A DNA stretch of 64,000 nucleotides, from positions 146,072,001-146,136,000 of the forward strand of contig NC_042999.1 in NCBI RefSeq assembly GCF_006345805.1, in the 5' to 3' direction. The position numbers were made by a program, and so were the translations under genes. This document shows positions 12,950-26,489 of the stretch, piece by piece (the first letter of the stretch is position 1; each line of letters starts with the position of its first letter). The notes beneath the pieces are model-generated. The model was not told where the DNA came from, did not search any database, and saw nothing but the letters and a program-made list of their open reading frames with translations. This DNA comes from Octopus sinensis. Its lineage: Eukaryota.

Positions 12950-15150
12950 CAATCTATCATCATTTCGAGTACCAAAGAAAATTGATGTAGAGCAGCTAAA
13001 GCAACCACAAGTTTTGCAGTTGTTTCAGAAGAGATGCAGCAATATTCATTTTGAAGGTTCATGGCAATCTTTCCGTGATGGAATATATAAAATGAGATCA
13101 GAGGTGTTAGGTTTTAAGAGGAGACAACACTGAGACTGGTTTGATTCCAATGATACAGTGATAAATGATCTTTTTTCAACAAAGAGGTCCATTCGTGAAA
13201 AGCTTCTTGACCCAAACGTTAAGAACAAAGTGCCACTAGAAAAGTTGTACAAGTCTCAGAAAGCAGACTTGCAAAAAGAACTCAGGAGACTTAAAGACAC
13301 TTGATGGAGAAATTTGTCTGAGGAAGAACAGGCAGCCTGTGACAGGAAAGACATTAAAAGTTTCTATAGTTTATTGCGGCAAACTTTTGAACCGCAATCT
13401 TCATCATCATATGTTCCCTTGAAGTCGAAAGATGGAAATGAGATTATTAAAGATCCTCCTGGAATAATGAATAGATGGAGAGAACACTTTGAAGATCTTT
13501 TCCACAATCTGTCTGTAGTTAACATGGAAATCATAAACAACATTCCACGAAGAGAGATAGTACAACACATGGATGATACACCTTCCATTGAAGAAGTAAA
13601 CCTGGCATTATGTAAACAGAGATCAGGTAAAGCTCCTGGACTGGATGGTATTCCAGTTGAAATTCTGAAAACAGGTGGGGATCGTATGTCATCTAAAATT
13701 CATAACTTGATAACTTGAGTTTGGAATGAATCTTCTGTGCCACAAGAATGGGTAAATGGCATTCTAATCCCTGTATACAAGGGTAAGGGCCTGAAAGCAG
13801 TGTGTGGTAATTCTAGAGGGATAACTCTTCTGGCACATACTGGGAAGATACTTTCAAGGATCATGTTAGATCGTCTTGTTGAGAATGTGTGTCCACATGT
13901 GATTCCTGAAGAGCAGTATAGTTTCAGACCTGAGTGAGGAGCAATGGACATAAAATTTTCTGTGAGGTAGGTTCAAGAGAAATACTTAGAGGAACAAATT
14001 TCACAATAGCAGGTTTTCATAGATTTAACTAAGGCATTTGACACGGTAAACAGGGAGGCACTGTGGGTTGTTTTGTGTAAACTTGGTTGTCCAACACATT
14101 TTGTGAGCATTTTTAAAGAACTACACAGAAACATGAAAACTCAGGTAGTCTTTAATGGTGACCTACCTCATGAATTGGTCAACAACAGTATCACACAGGG
14201 TGATATTTCTGACCCTACACTTTTCTCTACTTATTTTGCTACATTCCTTTGGTATGCTTTCAAGGACTGCAACAGGAAATCAGAATCAGATTTTGGACAT
14301 CTGGTCGTATTTTTAATTTGACCCGGTTTAACTGCAAGGCAAAGACTTTCCAAATACTTGTAAGAGAATTACTTTATGCTGATGCTGCTGATTTGTTGGC
14401 ACACTCAGAGGGGGATATGCAACATTTAATGGACAGATTTTCCACTGCATGTGTACATTTCAGACTTACAATTAGTTTGGGGAAAACCAAAGTAATGTTT
14501 ACTCCCATGCCAGGACAAACATATTCTGAACCAAACATTTTTGCGAATGGAACAAGGTTAGAACTTGTTGACACTTTTGTTTACCTAGGAAGCAAGTTAT
14601 CAAGAGATAGTAGTTTTGATGCAGACATATGCTTTCCAATAGGGATGTGTTAGGGTTAGGGTTAGAGTACAGTTAGGGTTAGAGTAATGCCTGGGAGGAA
14701 AAGATGATTCAGCACTCTGAACTTAAAAGGACCTGTCGTAAAGGAACTATTCGAACCATAATCAACAGTGAACATTGGGTGTGTATTATATGTGACTGTG
14801 TTCTGTTGTCAAAAGCAGGATACGTGAATCATATGAAGACATGTGAAAATCATAATGCCCAGATAGGTAATGGTCTTGGATACCAACCACCTCTTACAAC
14901 TTGTGTCATATGTCAAAAAAACTTGTAAGACAATATTTGGACTTAAAAGAGATATGCTAGTTCACAAAAACATTCCTTCAGGATCAGATTCCAAAGGAAA
15001 AAGATATAGAAGAAACTTAAATAATATCTGTCACTTGTGTTTTAAACCCTGTCAGTCAGCAGCTGATGTTAAAAGTAATCTAAGGGCTTCTCAACGGAGT
15101 GATTGAACTGTGTGAGGTGTGTGTGTTGATAGAACAGCTATCATCTCACA
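12950..15150 (+). mobile_element. RTE-clade LINE, decayed ORF (RT plus C-terminal zinc-finger region)
   Basis: GKAPGLDGIPVEILKTGG, PQEWVNGILIPVYKGKG...GNSRGITLL, FIDLTKAFDTVNREALW, LLYADAADL. Multiple stops and frameshifts. Confidence 0.92.
14650..14688 (+). repeat. Interstitial telomere-like (TTAGGG/TTAGAG) repeats
   Basis: ttagggttagggttagagtacagttagggttagagtaatg inside the RTE. Confidence 0.8.
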
Positions 15151-15285
15151 AGATGAAGCAATCATCATCATACATATATATATCATCATCATCATCGTTT
15201 AACATCTGCTTTCCATGCTGGCATGGGTTGGATGGTTTGACTGAAGACTGGCAAGCCAGGAGGCTGCTCCAGGATCCAATATATA

Positions 15286-16220
15286 GCTACATGTATAAAG
15301 CTGATGTTGTCTGTGTGTGGCAAGTTTGGTAGCCTTCAACTAACACTATCTCCTCCGAGACCCTGCAGTGCAAGTTGACCAAAATTTGACAGTATGATAG
15401 GAGAAGACTTGCTCTTCATTCTGTAGAACAAATTCAAATCAGACCATGTTAAGACCAAAAATTATTTACATCAAAAAGGTGCTTTTTTTCTATGAAAATC
15501 CCTATTTTTTACGATGTTTTGACTGCTGTGTCGCTATTTTTTAGTGTATTTCAACCAGAAAAATGTTCACTTAAAGAGAATAACAAGCTACATAGTTGAA
15601 TGAGAAGATGCAATAGTAACGGCGTATCTTTTTTATCGGTTTAAGTGATTCTTATTTGTGGGTATGCCAGTCATAGAAGTTGTGCAATCTGCATGCTGTT
15701 ACTATCTACGATGTTCAGGTCAAACCTTCAATGGGTATGTTTTGATTTTACAGATGTTTTTTAGTTATACATGATGTAAAATAGTTGATTTTATTCATTT
15801 TACAGGTACAACCACGATTCATGTTGCCTACCTGTTTGGCTTTAAAATAACATTTTTGTATTTTTTTTTGTAACCACAAACTGTTCTTACTAACGTTTTG
15901 GAGTTTCCTGTACTTTTTCTTAATGAATACTGTTGCAGTATTAACTTCTTAATAGATTTTCAGTGCAGTTTGAAACTTCATTTTGCTTTAAATCTACAGG
16001 TAATTTTTTTCTCCATAATGTTAATAGAAGGAATATTTAACCAACAATTGAAGTTGGCATTACACATTTGCAGCACATTCAGAGCAAACTCGAGTATCGC
16101 CACACTATACTTTTATTCATAGATTGAAACTATGTCAAAACTTTGTTAATGCGACATCAAAGTCTACCGTTTTAAGCGCAACTAAAAAACAATCCCGAGC
16201 GATGCTGGGCTATACTGCTA

Positions 16221-16221
<1 letters not shown>
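15286..16221 (+). mobile_element. Non-autonomous Helitron (~0.94 kb)
   Basis: 3' hairpin cccgagcgatgctggg then ctatactgCTAG|T. The 5' region tataaagctgatgttgtctgtgtgtgg resembles the start of the 29573 element. The 5' boundary is approximate. Confidence 0.7.
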
Positions 16222-16269
<48 letters not shown>

Positions 16270-16520
16270 TGTCGGTGGCACATAAAAAACACCATCCGAG
16301 CGTGGCCGTTTGCCAGCCTCGTCTGGCACCTGTGTCGGTGGCACATAAAATCACCCACTACACTCTCGGAGTGGTTGGCATTAGGAAGGGCATCCAGCTG
16401 TAGAAACACTGCCAGATCTGATTGGACTGGTGCAGCTTTCGGGCTCCCCAGACCCCAGTTGAACCGTCCAACCCATGCTAGCATGGAAAGCGGACGTTAA
16501 ATGATGATGATGATGATGAT
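16270..16520 (+). mobile_element. RTE 3'UTR fragment or RTE-derived short element (family C)
   Basis: tggcacataaaa subunits plus gagtggttggcattaggaagggcatccagctgtagaaac...gcggacgttaaatgatgat. Other copies at ~15180-15280(-), 18200-18530(+), 22068-22465(-), 36630-36795(+), 49200-49560(+), 59350-59560(-), 63625-64000(-). Confidence 0.8.
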
Positions 16521-17129
16521 GATATATATATGCATGTATATATTTATCTGTTTGTGTCTGTGTTTGTCCAATGTTGGTGTGTTTATATCCCTGTAACTCA
16601 GCAGTTCACCAAAAGATACCAATAGAATATCGAGAATAAGTCCCTGGGTTGATTTCTTTGACTAAAAACCCTTTAAGGCAGTGCTCCAGCATGCTTGCAG
16701 TCAAGTTACTAAAGCAAGTAAAAGAATGAAAGAATTAGATTTGCAGATATGTCTTTGCTTATATGTAAAAATTAAGCCTTTTCTTATATTCAAATGTCAC
16801 ACACACACTTGAAAGTAGCATCAGCTTAGCAATTCTAGTAACATTGGCAATAGTTTTGTATTTTCCTTCATGATTCATATGCCATGCACATATATAATCA
16901 TAATCTCACAACCCTATCCTTAGTAATAAGTAATAAGCTCATGAATGTTAATTATGTGCTATATATACAAAACAGAAGATTAAGAACACAGTGGTGAGGC
17001 TAATATTAGCAAAATAACAAATAAAACTCTCCTGTGATCATAACATTATGTATAAATAAATTTGAGTCAATAAACTTTTAAAAAAACATATTAGTACGAA
17101 TGTTAATGTCACTAAAAATTGATATTAAA

Positions 17130-17610
17130 AATGTAAGATACTGTAAGTTATCCATTTCTCTGTGTATACATCAATTATTAACGAAAATGTACCACCATGC
17201 ATTTTGGGAGGAAAAACCCAGCATCTACTTACTCCATCCACAACGCTAACCTCAAACAGTCTTTGTGTGAACGTGACCTGGGCATTATTGTCGACAGCGA
17301 TTTGCGTTGGACAAAACACATCGCCAAAATTGCCAAGAAGGCTGAGGGTGTCTTGGCATCACTCACCAAGTCCTTTGTGAGCCGCTCTCTGGCTATCTAT
17401 CTGAGGCTTTATATAGCTATGGTACGACCTCACCTGGAATTTGCATCACCGGTCTGGAAACCCTATCTTATCATCTGGAAGCCGTTCAGTGACATGTAAC
17501 CAAGAGAATACTCTCCATCAGGCATTTGCCATAGTCTGAACGCCTTACTTCCCAGGGCATGGACACATTGAAACTCCTACGTCTGGCAGCTGACTTGGCT
17601 TATGTTAAAA
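17130..17610 (+). mobile_element. CR1/L2-type LINE 3' fragment
   Basis: ERDLGIIVDSDLRWTKHIAKIAKKAEGVLASLTKSF...YIAMVRPHLEFASPVWKPY. Confidence 0.85.
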
Positions 17611-17719
17611 GAACCATTTTCAGTAAACTTAAACAAAAATTTTTATAATTATAAGTATAATCATAATTAGGGTTCAGCAAAAAATTTGCTTCAACACATA
17701 CAGAAATTTAGAAATAGCA

Positions 17720-17785
17720 GTTAAAACTAGCTATTTCTCTACCATAAGAAAATTTTCTTATGGTAGAGAAAAAGCTAGTTTTAAC
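17720..17785. repeat. 66-bp palindrome with one mismatched pair
   Basis: gttaaaactagct(a)tttctctaccataagaaaa|ttttcttatggtagagaaa(a)agctagttttaac. Confidence 0.95.
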
Positions 17786-19719
17786 ATATATTCACATACA
17801 TATGCATACATGTATAAATAGAGAGATAGAAGTTTGTTAAAATTGTTAGAAGAGTTATTTTGATAAAATATTATCAAAATAGATTACAACTTATTGAATT
17901 TTAATAAATTAAACAGTGAAGAATCACTGCAAGTTTCTACAAACAGAAACAAAATAAAAATGATAGAATTTTGAAATATCTGAGATGTTGACATAACTCA
18001 TTTCATAAATCATGCTTTGAAATATATTTAGTGTCTCAAATTTGTTACTTTTACTTGTTTTTTTTGTTTTTACTGTTGTTTTCTTCAATCTCTTTGTATT
18101 GGTTCTAACTTGCTGCATTTGGTTAAGTTGGTAAATCACAAGATCAGCAAGTGAATGGTCAGCAGGAATTTATAAATTAATTTATTCATAACCAGCAGTG
18201 CATTTTATGGTGGCACATAAAAAGCACCATTCAAGCATGGGTCGTTGTCACAGCCTTCTGACTGGCTCCCATGCTGGCGGCATGTAAAAAGCACCATTCA
18301 AGCGTGGTCGATGCCAGTACCACCTGACTGGTACTCATGCTGGTGGCACGTAAAAAGCACCCACTATACTCTCAGTTGTTAGCGTTCGGAAGGGCATCCA
18401 GCTGTAGAAACCTTACTAGATCAGATTGGAGCTTAGTGCAGCCTTCTGGCTTGCCAGTCCTCAATCAAACTGTCCAACCCATGCCAGCATTGAAAGTGGA
18501 CACTAAACAACGATGATGACGATGATAGCGATGAAAGCACATAATTGTATTGATCAATCTCATGGCTCAGTTCACCTTAGGTTAGATATCGCAGGCATAG
18601 GATAACCAATCTCATGGCTTAGTACACTTTAGGTTAGGTATCACAGGAATGGGTTGATGGGATACCTGTAGGGTGTTAGAGGTCAAACCTCCGGGCAGTA
18701 GCAACAATATTTAAAACTGATGACTGTGCTATGTAGATTGTTGGGCAGTTACTAGTGCTGCTGTTGAGAATAAAGTAATATCCATGATGATGATGATAAT
18801 GATGGTGGTGGTGGTGGCAATGAGGCTCAGGATGGTAGAGATCATGGTGATGCCAATGATAGAGAGGACTAAGATGATAATGAAGTTGAAGTTAATGAGG
18901 ATGATGGCAATATTTGTAAGGGTGGTAAGCAGCAAACTGGCAGAATAGTTAGGTGAAATGCTTAGTGACATTTCATCTGTCTTTATGTTATGAGTTCAAA
19001 TTCCACCCAAGCTGACTTTACCTTTCATCCATTTTGGGGTCGATAAAGAAAGTACCAGTTAAGCACGGTGGGGTGGGGTGGGGTGAGTCGATGCAATCAA
19101 CTTAGCCCTGAGCTTGCTTGCTCCATGTCAAAATTAAAAACCGATATTTGTAATGGTGGTAATGAGGTAGTCACCCCGGGAACTATATGAAAGAGGACAA
19201 AAAAGTTTGTTGGCAATGTTGGAGAGATGGACTGGACTGATTGATTTTCAGATGCAAGAGCCATGCTGAGAGTAGAACTGTGACAAAAGCAACACAAATA
19301 CATATGGCAAACATTGTTGCAAATTCACCTCACCATCAACTGTAGCTGTTTTCTAGTTCACAAGAAAAGAGACATATATATATCTTTATAAAGAAAACAA
19401 AAAATGGAACAAGAATGTAACAGACAACAAAAAACATCTGGATAGTTAGACAAATCAAAAAAGGACAAGAAAAAACAAGGACAGGTCATTCAGAGCTTTC
19501 TATCCTCAGTCGAGTTCCAGATCATCTTTTGCAGTTTCAGCCAGTTATACTCGAGATTTCGCCAATCTGGCCAGCCCCAAGAAAATTTAAACTAAGAGCA
19601 CTAGACTCCTTGCAAGAAAGCAAGCGAACGTATATGAAAACAAGGATGCAAAAAACGGAGAAATGGAACGCAACTACAAATACAAAGAACAGGACATTAA
19701 CAACTGATTTGGTCATGTG

Positions 19720-20175
19720 ATGTGCATGGATGAGGACAGTTGTATAAAGAAGTGTCGAACTCTAATTTTGGTGGGGTGCTTGTGGAAGGGGTAGACTCAG
19801 GACTATGTAGGGTGAAGTGGTGAGAAAGGATCTTCGGGTCTCACTAAGAAAATGACAAGCGACTGGGAAATGAGATTTGCTGTACTTGGTGAGACATGTT
19901 GAGTTAAGTAAAATTGCTGTCTTCCATACACACAGGCTTGTCCTTTCAGGTGCTGGTGCCACTTAAAAACACCTGTGCTGGTGCTGTGTTAATGCAGCCA
20001 TGCCAGTGGTACATAAAAATGCACTCAGTACATTCTGTTAAGTGGTTGGCATTAGGAAGGGCATCTGGTCATAGAAACCATGCCACAACAGACAGTTGTA
20101 ATCTGGACAGCTCCCTACCAGCCAATTCTATGTCAAACCATCCAATTCATGCCAGCATGGAGAGCAGATGTTAAT
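19720..20175 (+). mobile_element. RTE LINE 3' end (ORF C-terminus plus 3'UTR)
   Basis: DEDSCIKKCRTL..GACGRGR..VVRKDLR reading, followed by the family C tail. Confidence 0.75.
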
Positions 20176-20529
20176 CAATGAGGATGGTTGGTTGGCTAGT
20201 TGAATGATAGGTAAGTAGGTAGGTAGGTGGATGAGTGGGTAGGTAGGCAGGCAGGCAGATAGATATATGTATGTATGCATGTATGGTCATCATCATCATC
20301 ACCATTATCAAGATAAAGAGACATATACACTCACATACACAATACATACATACATCCACATATCCAATGGGCTTCTTTCAGTTTCCATCTACTAAATCCA
20401 CTCACAAATCTTTGGCAAACCTGGACATATATCAAAACGCACTTGCCCAAAGTGTCACATAGTTGAACTGAATCTAAAACTATGTGGTTGGGAACCCTAC
20501 TTCTTAAGCACACAATCACACCTGTACCT

Positions 20530-20763
20530 CAGGTCTGTGGAGTCGAAACAAATAACTTTGACTCCTCTACTATTAGCACCTCCGACTCCAACTCTTCTTT
20601 ATGTAACTAAGTGATTGTGGTCTACATATCTCATAAAGCATATCAATTCGCTTGTACTTCGTGTAGGCCTCTGTGTTATAACTGGTTTATATTAAAGAAT
20701 AAAGATATTGTGAGTCGGAATCAGAGTTGTTATAGTTTTACTGATGTTGACTCCACAGCCCTG
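20530..20763. mobile_element. hAT-type MITE
   Basis: TIRs caggtctgtggagtc / gactccacagccctg. 8-bp TSD ctgtacct (20522-29) / ctatacct (20764-71). Confidence 0.88.
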
Positions 20764-22385
20764 CTATACCTACTATTTATATAGACTTAAATATACACAT
20801 ATTTCATATGCTTTCATGTGAAGCTTTGATGGTTGTGGTGGTGATATTTGTGGTTTCCATAATGCACAAAAGACTATGGGCACATTTAATGCATAGTTCA
20901 CCCTAAAAGAGTTTTTAACATCCTCAAGTTAAACCAATGTGATGTGTTTGAATCAGCTAAGAACATACTTAAACAAGTGCTTCCAGTGAATTCTGCAGTT
21001 TACAGTTAAGCGGATCATGATATTGAAGTTGAGTGTCATTGTCCAAGTTCACCGATATAGAACAGCAAGGATAAAAATGGGTGAATGTATATTTAATGCA
21101 TGGAACACAGGTGGCAGTTTCCTTGTAGATAGAATACAATAACTGTCTTAGCATATATTAGAATACACCTATGTATGTATGTATGTATTTTGAATTCTAT
21201 TTTTTCTGTTTGCACCAACATATCAACACACACACACACACAACAACAACAGCAATAACGATATTCTCAAAAATAATATGTTGTGAAGCAACATAGGTTT
21301 ATATTTGACTTTAAAGATAGATTAATGTCTTGGGGTTTTTTTTTTTTTGTTTTTCAATTTGAAAAAATCTGAATAAGTATAAATCTGATGCACTTATTTT
21401 ACGTTAGTCTGATTGCGTATACATGCATCTACTGATGTAGACATGCCTGGATTTGTATTTTATATGTATATATGAGAAAATATGTTTCTTAAAGGGAGAG
21501 AGATTAAAGACAAGAAAAGAACTCACAAGATATATTTACACACACACACACACACATACATACACACACACATGCGTACATATGTATGAATGAATGTATG
21601 CCTGCATACATGCATGTAGGTATGTATGTATGAAGGTATGTATGTAGGGAGGTATGTAGGTATGTATGTAGGTATGTATGATTGTATGCATGTATGTATG
21701 TATGTAATGTATGTATGCATGTAGGTTAGTATGCATATATTTGTGTTAAAATAAAGTTATTGTTTTAAAGCAACTCTTAGAATAATAATGGAAAGTTACC
21801 GATGAAGTGACTCTAAACTAGGATTAGTGTTGAATTTTTTGTAAAGATCAAGTTGACAGGAACTCCACACTGTGTGTGCTTGTGTATGTATGTGTGTGTG
21901 TGTGTGTGTGCATGTGCTTGCATGCATGTGTATATGCTCTTCTATTTTTAATTATTTGAATTATTGTAAGAAAGGAGCTGGTTTATTACAAAGATAAAAA
22001 TACTCCATTGTTCGAATGTAGATAACAGAACAAGGTCACCATATTGCACTTGAGAAAAGTGTTGTCATCATCATCGTTTAACGTCCGCTTTCCATGCTAG
22101 CATGGGTTGGACGATTTGACTGAGGACTGGCGAACCAGATGGCTGCACCAGGCTCCAATCTTGATTTGGCAGAATTTCTACAGCTGGATGCCCTTCTTAA
22201 TGCGAACCACTCCGGGAGTGTAGTGGGTACTTTTACGTGCCACCGGCACGAGGGCCAGTGAGGCAGTACTGGCAACGGTCACGGAAAAATTGTGTTTTTT
22301 TTTTGTTTTCTTATGTAACACCTGCACACCGGCACAAGTGCCAGTAAGGCGACGTTGGTAACGATCACACTCAAATGGTGCTTTT

Positions 22386-22562
22386 TACGTGCCACCAGCA
22401 CGAACACCAGTTAGCCGCTCTGGCAACGATCATGCTCAGATGGTGCTCTTAGTGCTCTACTAGCATGGATGCCAGTCATTTGTGCTAGTGGAGCACTAAG
22501 AGCACCATCCGAGCATGATCGTTGCCAGAGCAGCCAACTGGCATTCGTACTGGTGGCACGTA
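22386..22562. repeat. ~80-bp-arm inverted repeat (17-nt spacer) at the 5' truncation point of an RTE-tail copy
   Basis: tacgtgccaccagc...gtgctctactagca / tgctagtggagcac...actggtggcacgta, about 90% identical. Confidence 0.9.
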
Positions 22563-22569
22563 TTTTTAC

Positions 22570-25500
22570 TTTTCTACTTACAGATAGTAATTGTAATGTG
22601 TTAGTGAATTGCTTTGTTTTTTTTTTATCTGAAAACTCCAGCTTCCCCAGATTGTCATTTAGACATCTACTAACAAAACCAAATGCACCAATTATTATTG
22701 ATATAAATGTGAATTTATAATATAAGTACAGAAGCTGAAAGTTCTAAAGCAGTTGTTTGTAGTTACCATCTTTCTCTTTGATTCTCAAAGAGATAATGAC
22801 ATCTGTAGGGGAGCTGATATTTATGACTACATATTTTTTCTTGCTTGTCCCAAACAACAATATTGGACCAGTTCCATTTACATTTGATAAAAGTTTCGAT
22901 AGGAATGTTCCTTAAATACTCCTTGCATTGATGTTTATGTACATATTCAATAACGGGAATTTTCCTTATTTTTCCCAAGATAGTCTTTTTCGTAGATTGC
23001 ATTGTATATTGTTTTAGCAACAGTATCAATGTTGCATAGGGAGGCAGTACCGTGATGACATTTTTGGGCAGCTGTTCGTCACATATGATGTCTTCCACAG
23101 AAATGTGATATAATTAACATTTTCAGTTGCATCTCGAGGTTCCAAATGCTTCACTGTCTATTTTGCTCATGAGATATTTTGTAGCAATCTCATGCTCTTG
23201 GATTGTAAAAGCATAGCCTTTAAAGTGTAATGTAATGGTTGTAAGTCCAAGAGAGGGTACACTTTATGCTCTTTTACTCTTTTACTTGTTTCAGTTATTT
23301 GACTGCAGCCATGCTGGAGCACCACCTTTAGTCGAAGAGATCGACCCCAGGACTTATTCTTTGTAAGACTTATTCTATCAGTCTCTTTTGCCAAACTGCT
23401 AAGTTACGGGGACGTAAACACACCAGGATCAGTTGTCAAGCGATGTTGGGGAGGACAAACACAGATACACAAGCACACACACATACATATATATACGACG
23501 GGCTTCTTTCAGTTTCCGTCTACCAAATCCACTCACAAGGCTTTGGTCGGCCCGAGGCTATAGTAGAAGACACTTGCCCAAGGTGCCACGCAGTGGGACT
23601 GAACCCAGAAACATGTGGTTGGTAAGCAAGCTACTTATCTCACATCCAATCAACCTCAAGTTTTTAGTAATCATACTCATGCGTAGTCTATTTTGGTATA
23701 CTGAGCATTTCACATCCAAGTCTCCTTTGAGATACGTTAATACAGTTATACAGAGGATGTTGGTCTCTTTGCTTTTCAGCACAAGATTTAGGTATTTTTC
23801 TTGTTGTTGTTAACCAAGTGCTGTCTAAGAAAGACAATATGATATTGAAAGGGTGCCTGCTCTGATTTCAAACCTCTACCTCCTTTATCTCTTCTTAAGC
23901 AGATTCTGTTGATATCACTATATTTGCATAAGTTTCCAGTTGATGTCAGATTCTTGCAGGTTTTAATGTTTAAGGAGTAGATTCCCTTAACTGAGTATCC
24001 CAAAAGTTGGTACCAGCACTGGTAGTTGTGAGAGGAGATCTCTGGCTGCTACATTTTCTAAGTCTGATGTAATATTCTCAGTTCACTCTATCTTTATTCA
24101 CCACACCTTTGTATGTTAGCATTCTTTTCATAGAAAAGAAGAGATAGAGAAGTTGTTGATGCACAGGTTCTGGGTTTGGAGGACTGACCATGACTATGTT
24201 CAACATCAAATATGAACAGTTCTTTGGGACAAATTCCTTCCTGTAGGCTAAAAGTGTTATTAAGGCCAGTTGTTTTTTTTTTTTTGGACATTGTAAACAT
24301 TTTTATCATAAATCTTGATGTCATCCATGAAAAAATTATGGGTTTCACTGATACTTCTTGCAGTTGCAAACTTTAAGCAGTTGCAGGCTCTGGAATGCTG
24401 CCAATGGATTTTTGTAAAAGAAACAATAACAACTTTATTGCCAACATAAACAGAGGTACACAAATACTATCTGCTTGGAACGTTCAATCTGAAATATTCA
24501 TAACATTACAAATAATTAATTGTTCCATTCTCAGTTATAAGTGTGGATTGTTGCTCAGATCTTTGTGAACCTCTCAGTTGGCAGCAGCTAAGGCAGTAGG
24601 TACTTTTTCCAAGTGCAGAGTCTTCAGCAACCATGAATTAAGAACAGAGTCAAATACTTTCCTGTAATCAAGCCATACTTTCACATGGTTTCTTTAGTGT
24701 TCTCTTGAGATAGTATGGCTTCTTTTATCAAAAGTTGTTTGGCACATCCCTATACTCAGTTCATTCTACCTACTTGCTCATCAGTCACTATACTCTTGGA
24801 CTCACAATGAGCCTGGAGGAATTGGCTGATGCCTAAGCATTATGTACAGTTTGTATATAATGTTTAGGTAAGCAATGGGCTTATAGTTTTCTGCCAGCTC
24901 AGTAGTTTCATTCTTGGCTACAGGATCTGACTGTGCTATAAGTCTACTTGATATATCAATTTGGCTTTCTGTAGATTTTACCAACTATTAGGTCTCTTCT
25001 AGGTACTTTCTGCTTATGTAGTTTGCTGCAGTGTAAGTTTTAGGGTTGACTGTGTATGCTTTACTGTCAACTTTGGTGATACAGCATTCTTTCTTAAACC
25101 AGAATGATTCGAGATCTTTCTGAGAAGGGGGTTTCTTATTAGTAATGTTTTTCTTTGTTAACATCTGGTATAATGCCTGTGGTTTGGAAGTAAAGTTGTG
25201 ATTTATATTGGCTCGCTCAAAAGTTTTTCTATGATAAAGAAGCTTTTCACTCAGCCTCCTGAGTTTACCTTCAAATTGCCTTCCTTCAAGAACTTGGCAT
25301 GAAGTGTTGCTTTTGAATTTCATTATTTTTTTTACATTAGATGTAATTGGAAAGGTGTGAAATCATTGTATATTTCATTATCATGGTTAACAATCCCATA
25401 TAGCAGCACACATTATTGATGCTTTCTTCAAGTCTGCTTCGACTATTTTTTCCCATCTAGGTTGTTTCTGCTTAGCATATGCACTACATGTTTCTCCAAG

Positions 25501-25700
25501 GTGTTCTTTAAAATTCATTATAACTGTTTATAGGAAAGAATAAATTGTCCAGTTATATACACCACATGATTCCATGTGATCACCAACAATATAAACAATA
25601 ACTTTTGAAATGAGAGAAGTTGGCTTTTTATTTAGTCCCATTAAACATGGCCTTTTGCTCAGCAATAGAATAGAAAGACTGGAAAAATATTTTATGAATT
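22570..25700 (-). mobile_element. Decayed R4/Dong-clade non-LTR retrotransposon (RT plus restriction-like endonuclease), interrupted by a SINE at 23275-23645
   Basis: YKPIAYLNIIYKL, HNFFMDDIKIY, RDKGGRGLKS, MEDIICDEQLPK, NIPIETFIKCKWNWSNIVVWDKQEK, FISIIIGAFG. Similar to ORF 36866-37564. Confidence 0.82.
23275..23645 (-). mobile_element. Full-length tRNA-derived SINE, family A (octopus OK/OR-like)
   Basis: Head ...gtaagtagcttgcttaccaaccacatg-ttctgggttcagtccc (B-box-like), internal (TA)/(GT) tract, tail gactgaaacaagtaaaaga. Other copies at ~3714-3960(-), 5600-5760(-), 16530-16730(+), 20360-20525(-), 28195-28570(+), 28984-29440(+), 41585-41965(-), 44690-45085(-), 46492-46887(-), 47397-47815(-), 48448-48838(-), 60265-60590(+). 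Confidence 0.85.
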
Positions 25701-26489
25701 GTGATTTCAAAATGTTCTTAAGTTCAATTTATTCTGTGGGCATTTCTATTGAATTGGTTGAATGTGGAGACATATGAGAGTTGAGTTATGCCGGCAGTGG
25801 TTTATTTACTTCATCAGTTTCTCTTATAGTAGATTCTAGTTTGTTCCCAATGTATTAAGAAGATCGGTTAGCATCAATAGAGCTGGAATAACAGCTGCAA
25901 TTTCTGACAGTCATTTGTATGTATGTATGTGTGTGTGTATGTATGTATGTGTGTATGTATGTATGTATATATATATATAATATATATATATATATACATA
26001 TATGTGCATATGTATATATACATATATGTGCATATGTATATATAATAGTTAAACAGGATGTCAAACATTAAGGCAAAGCAAATATCTCAAGTTATATACA
26101 ATATTATTATAGGAAGAAATTCAAAATCTTACAGCTATTTCTAGGATATCCCTGAGTAGGGGATATTCCATCATCAGAGACAAATAGGGGAAAAAATATG
26201 CAAAATGAGAATGGTATATATTAATAATATGACAACATAGAGGAAATGAGTAAAAGAATAAGGAGATGGAAAGAGATGGAAAAAAGAAGCATAAAAGTTC
26301 ATAGTTCAAATTTCAAAAGTGATATAAACCAGAACTGTTTAACTATTATATATCTGCCGCATTGGAAATCTGCAATGGCTCCATAACTACTGTCTTGGCT
26401 ATGACCTTGGAGCCTCAGTAATCTGTTACAGCACTTAGAGTTCCTAATTGTTTAGATCACCTGTGAAGTAAAATGCCATACTTTGTATA

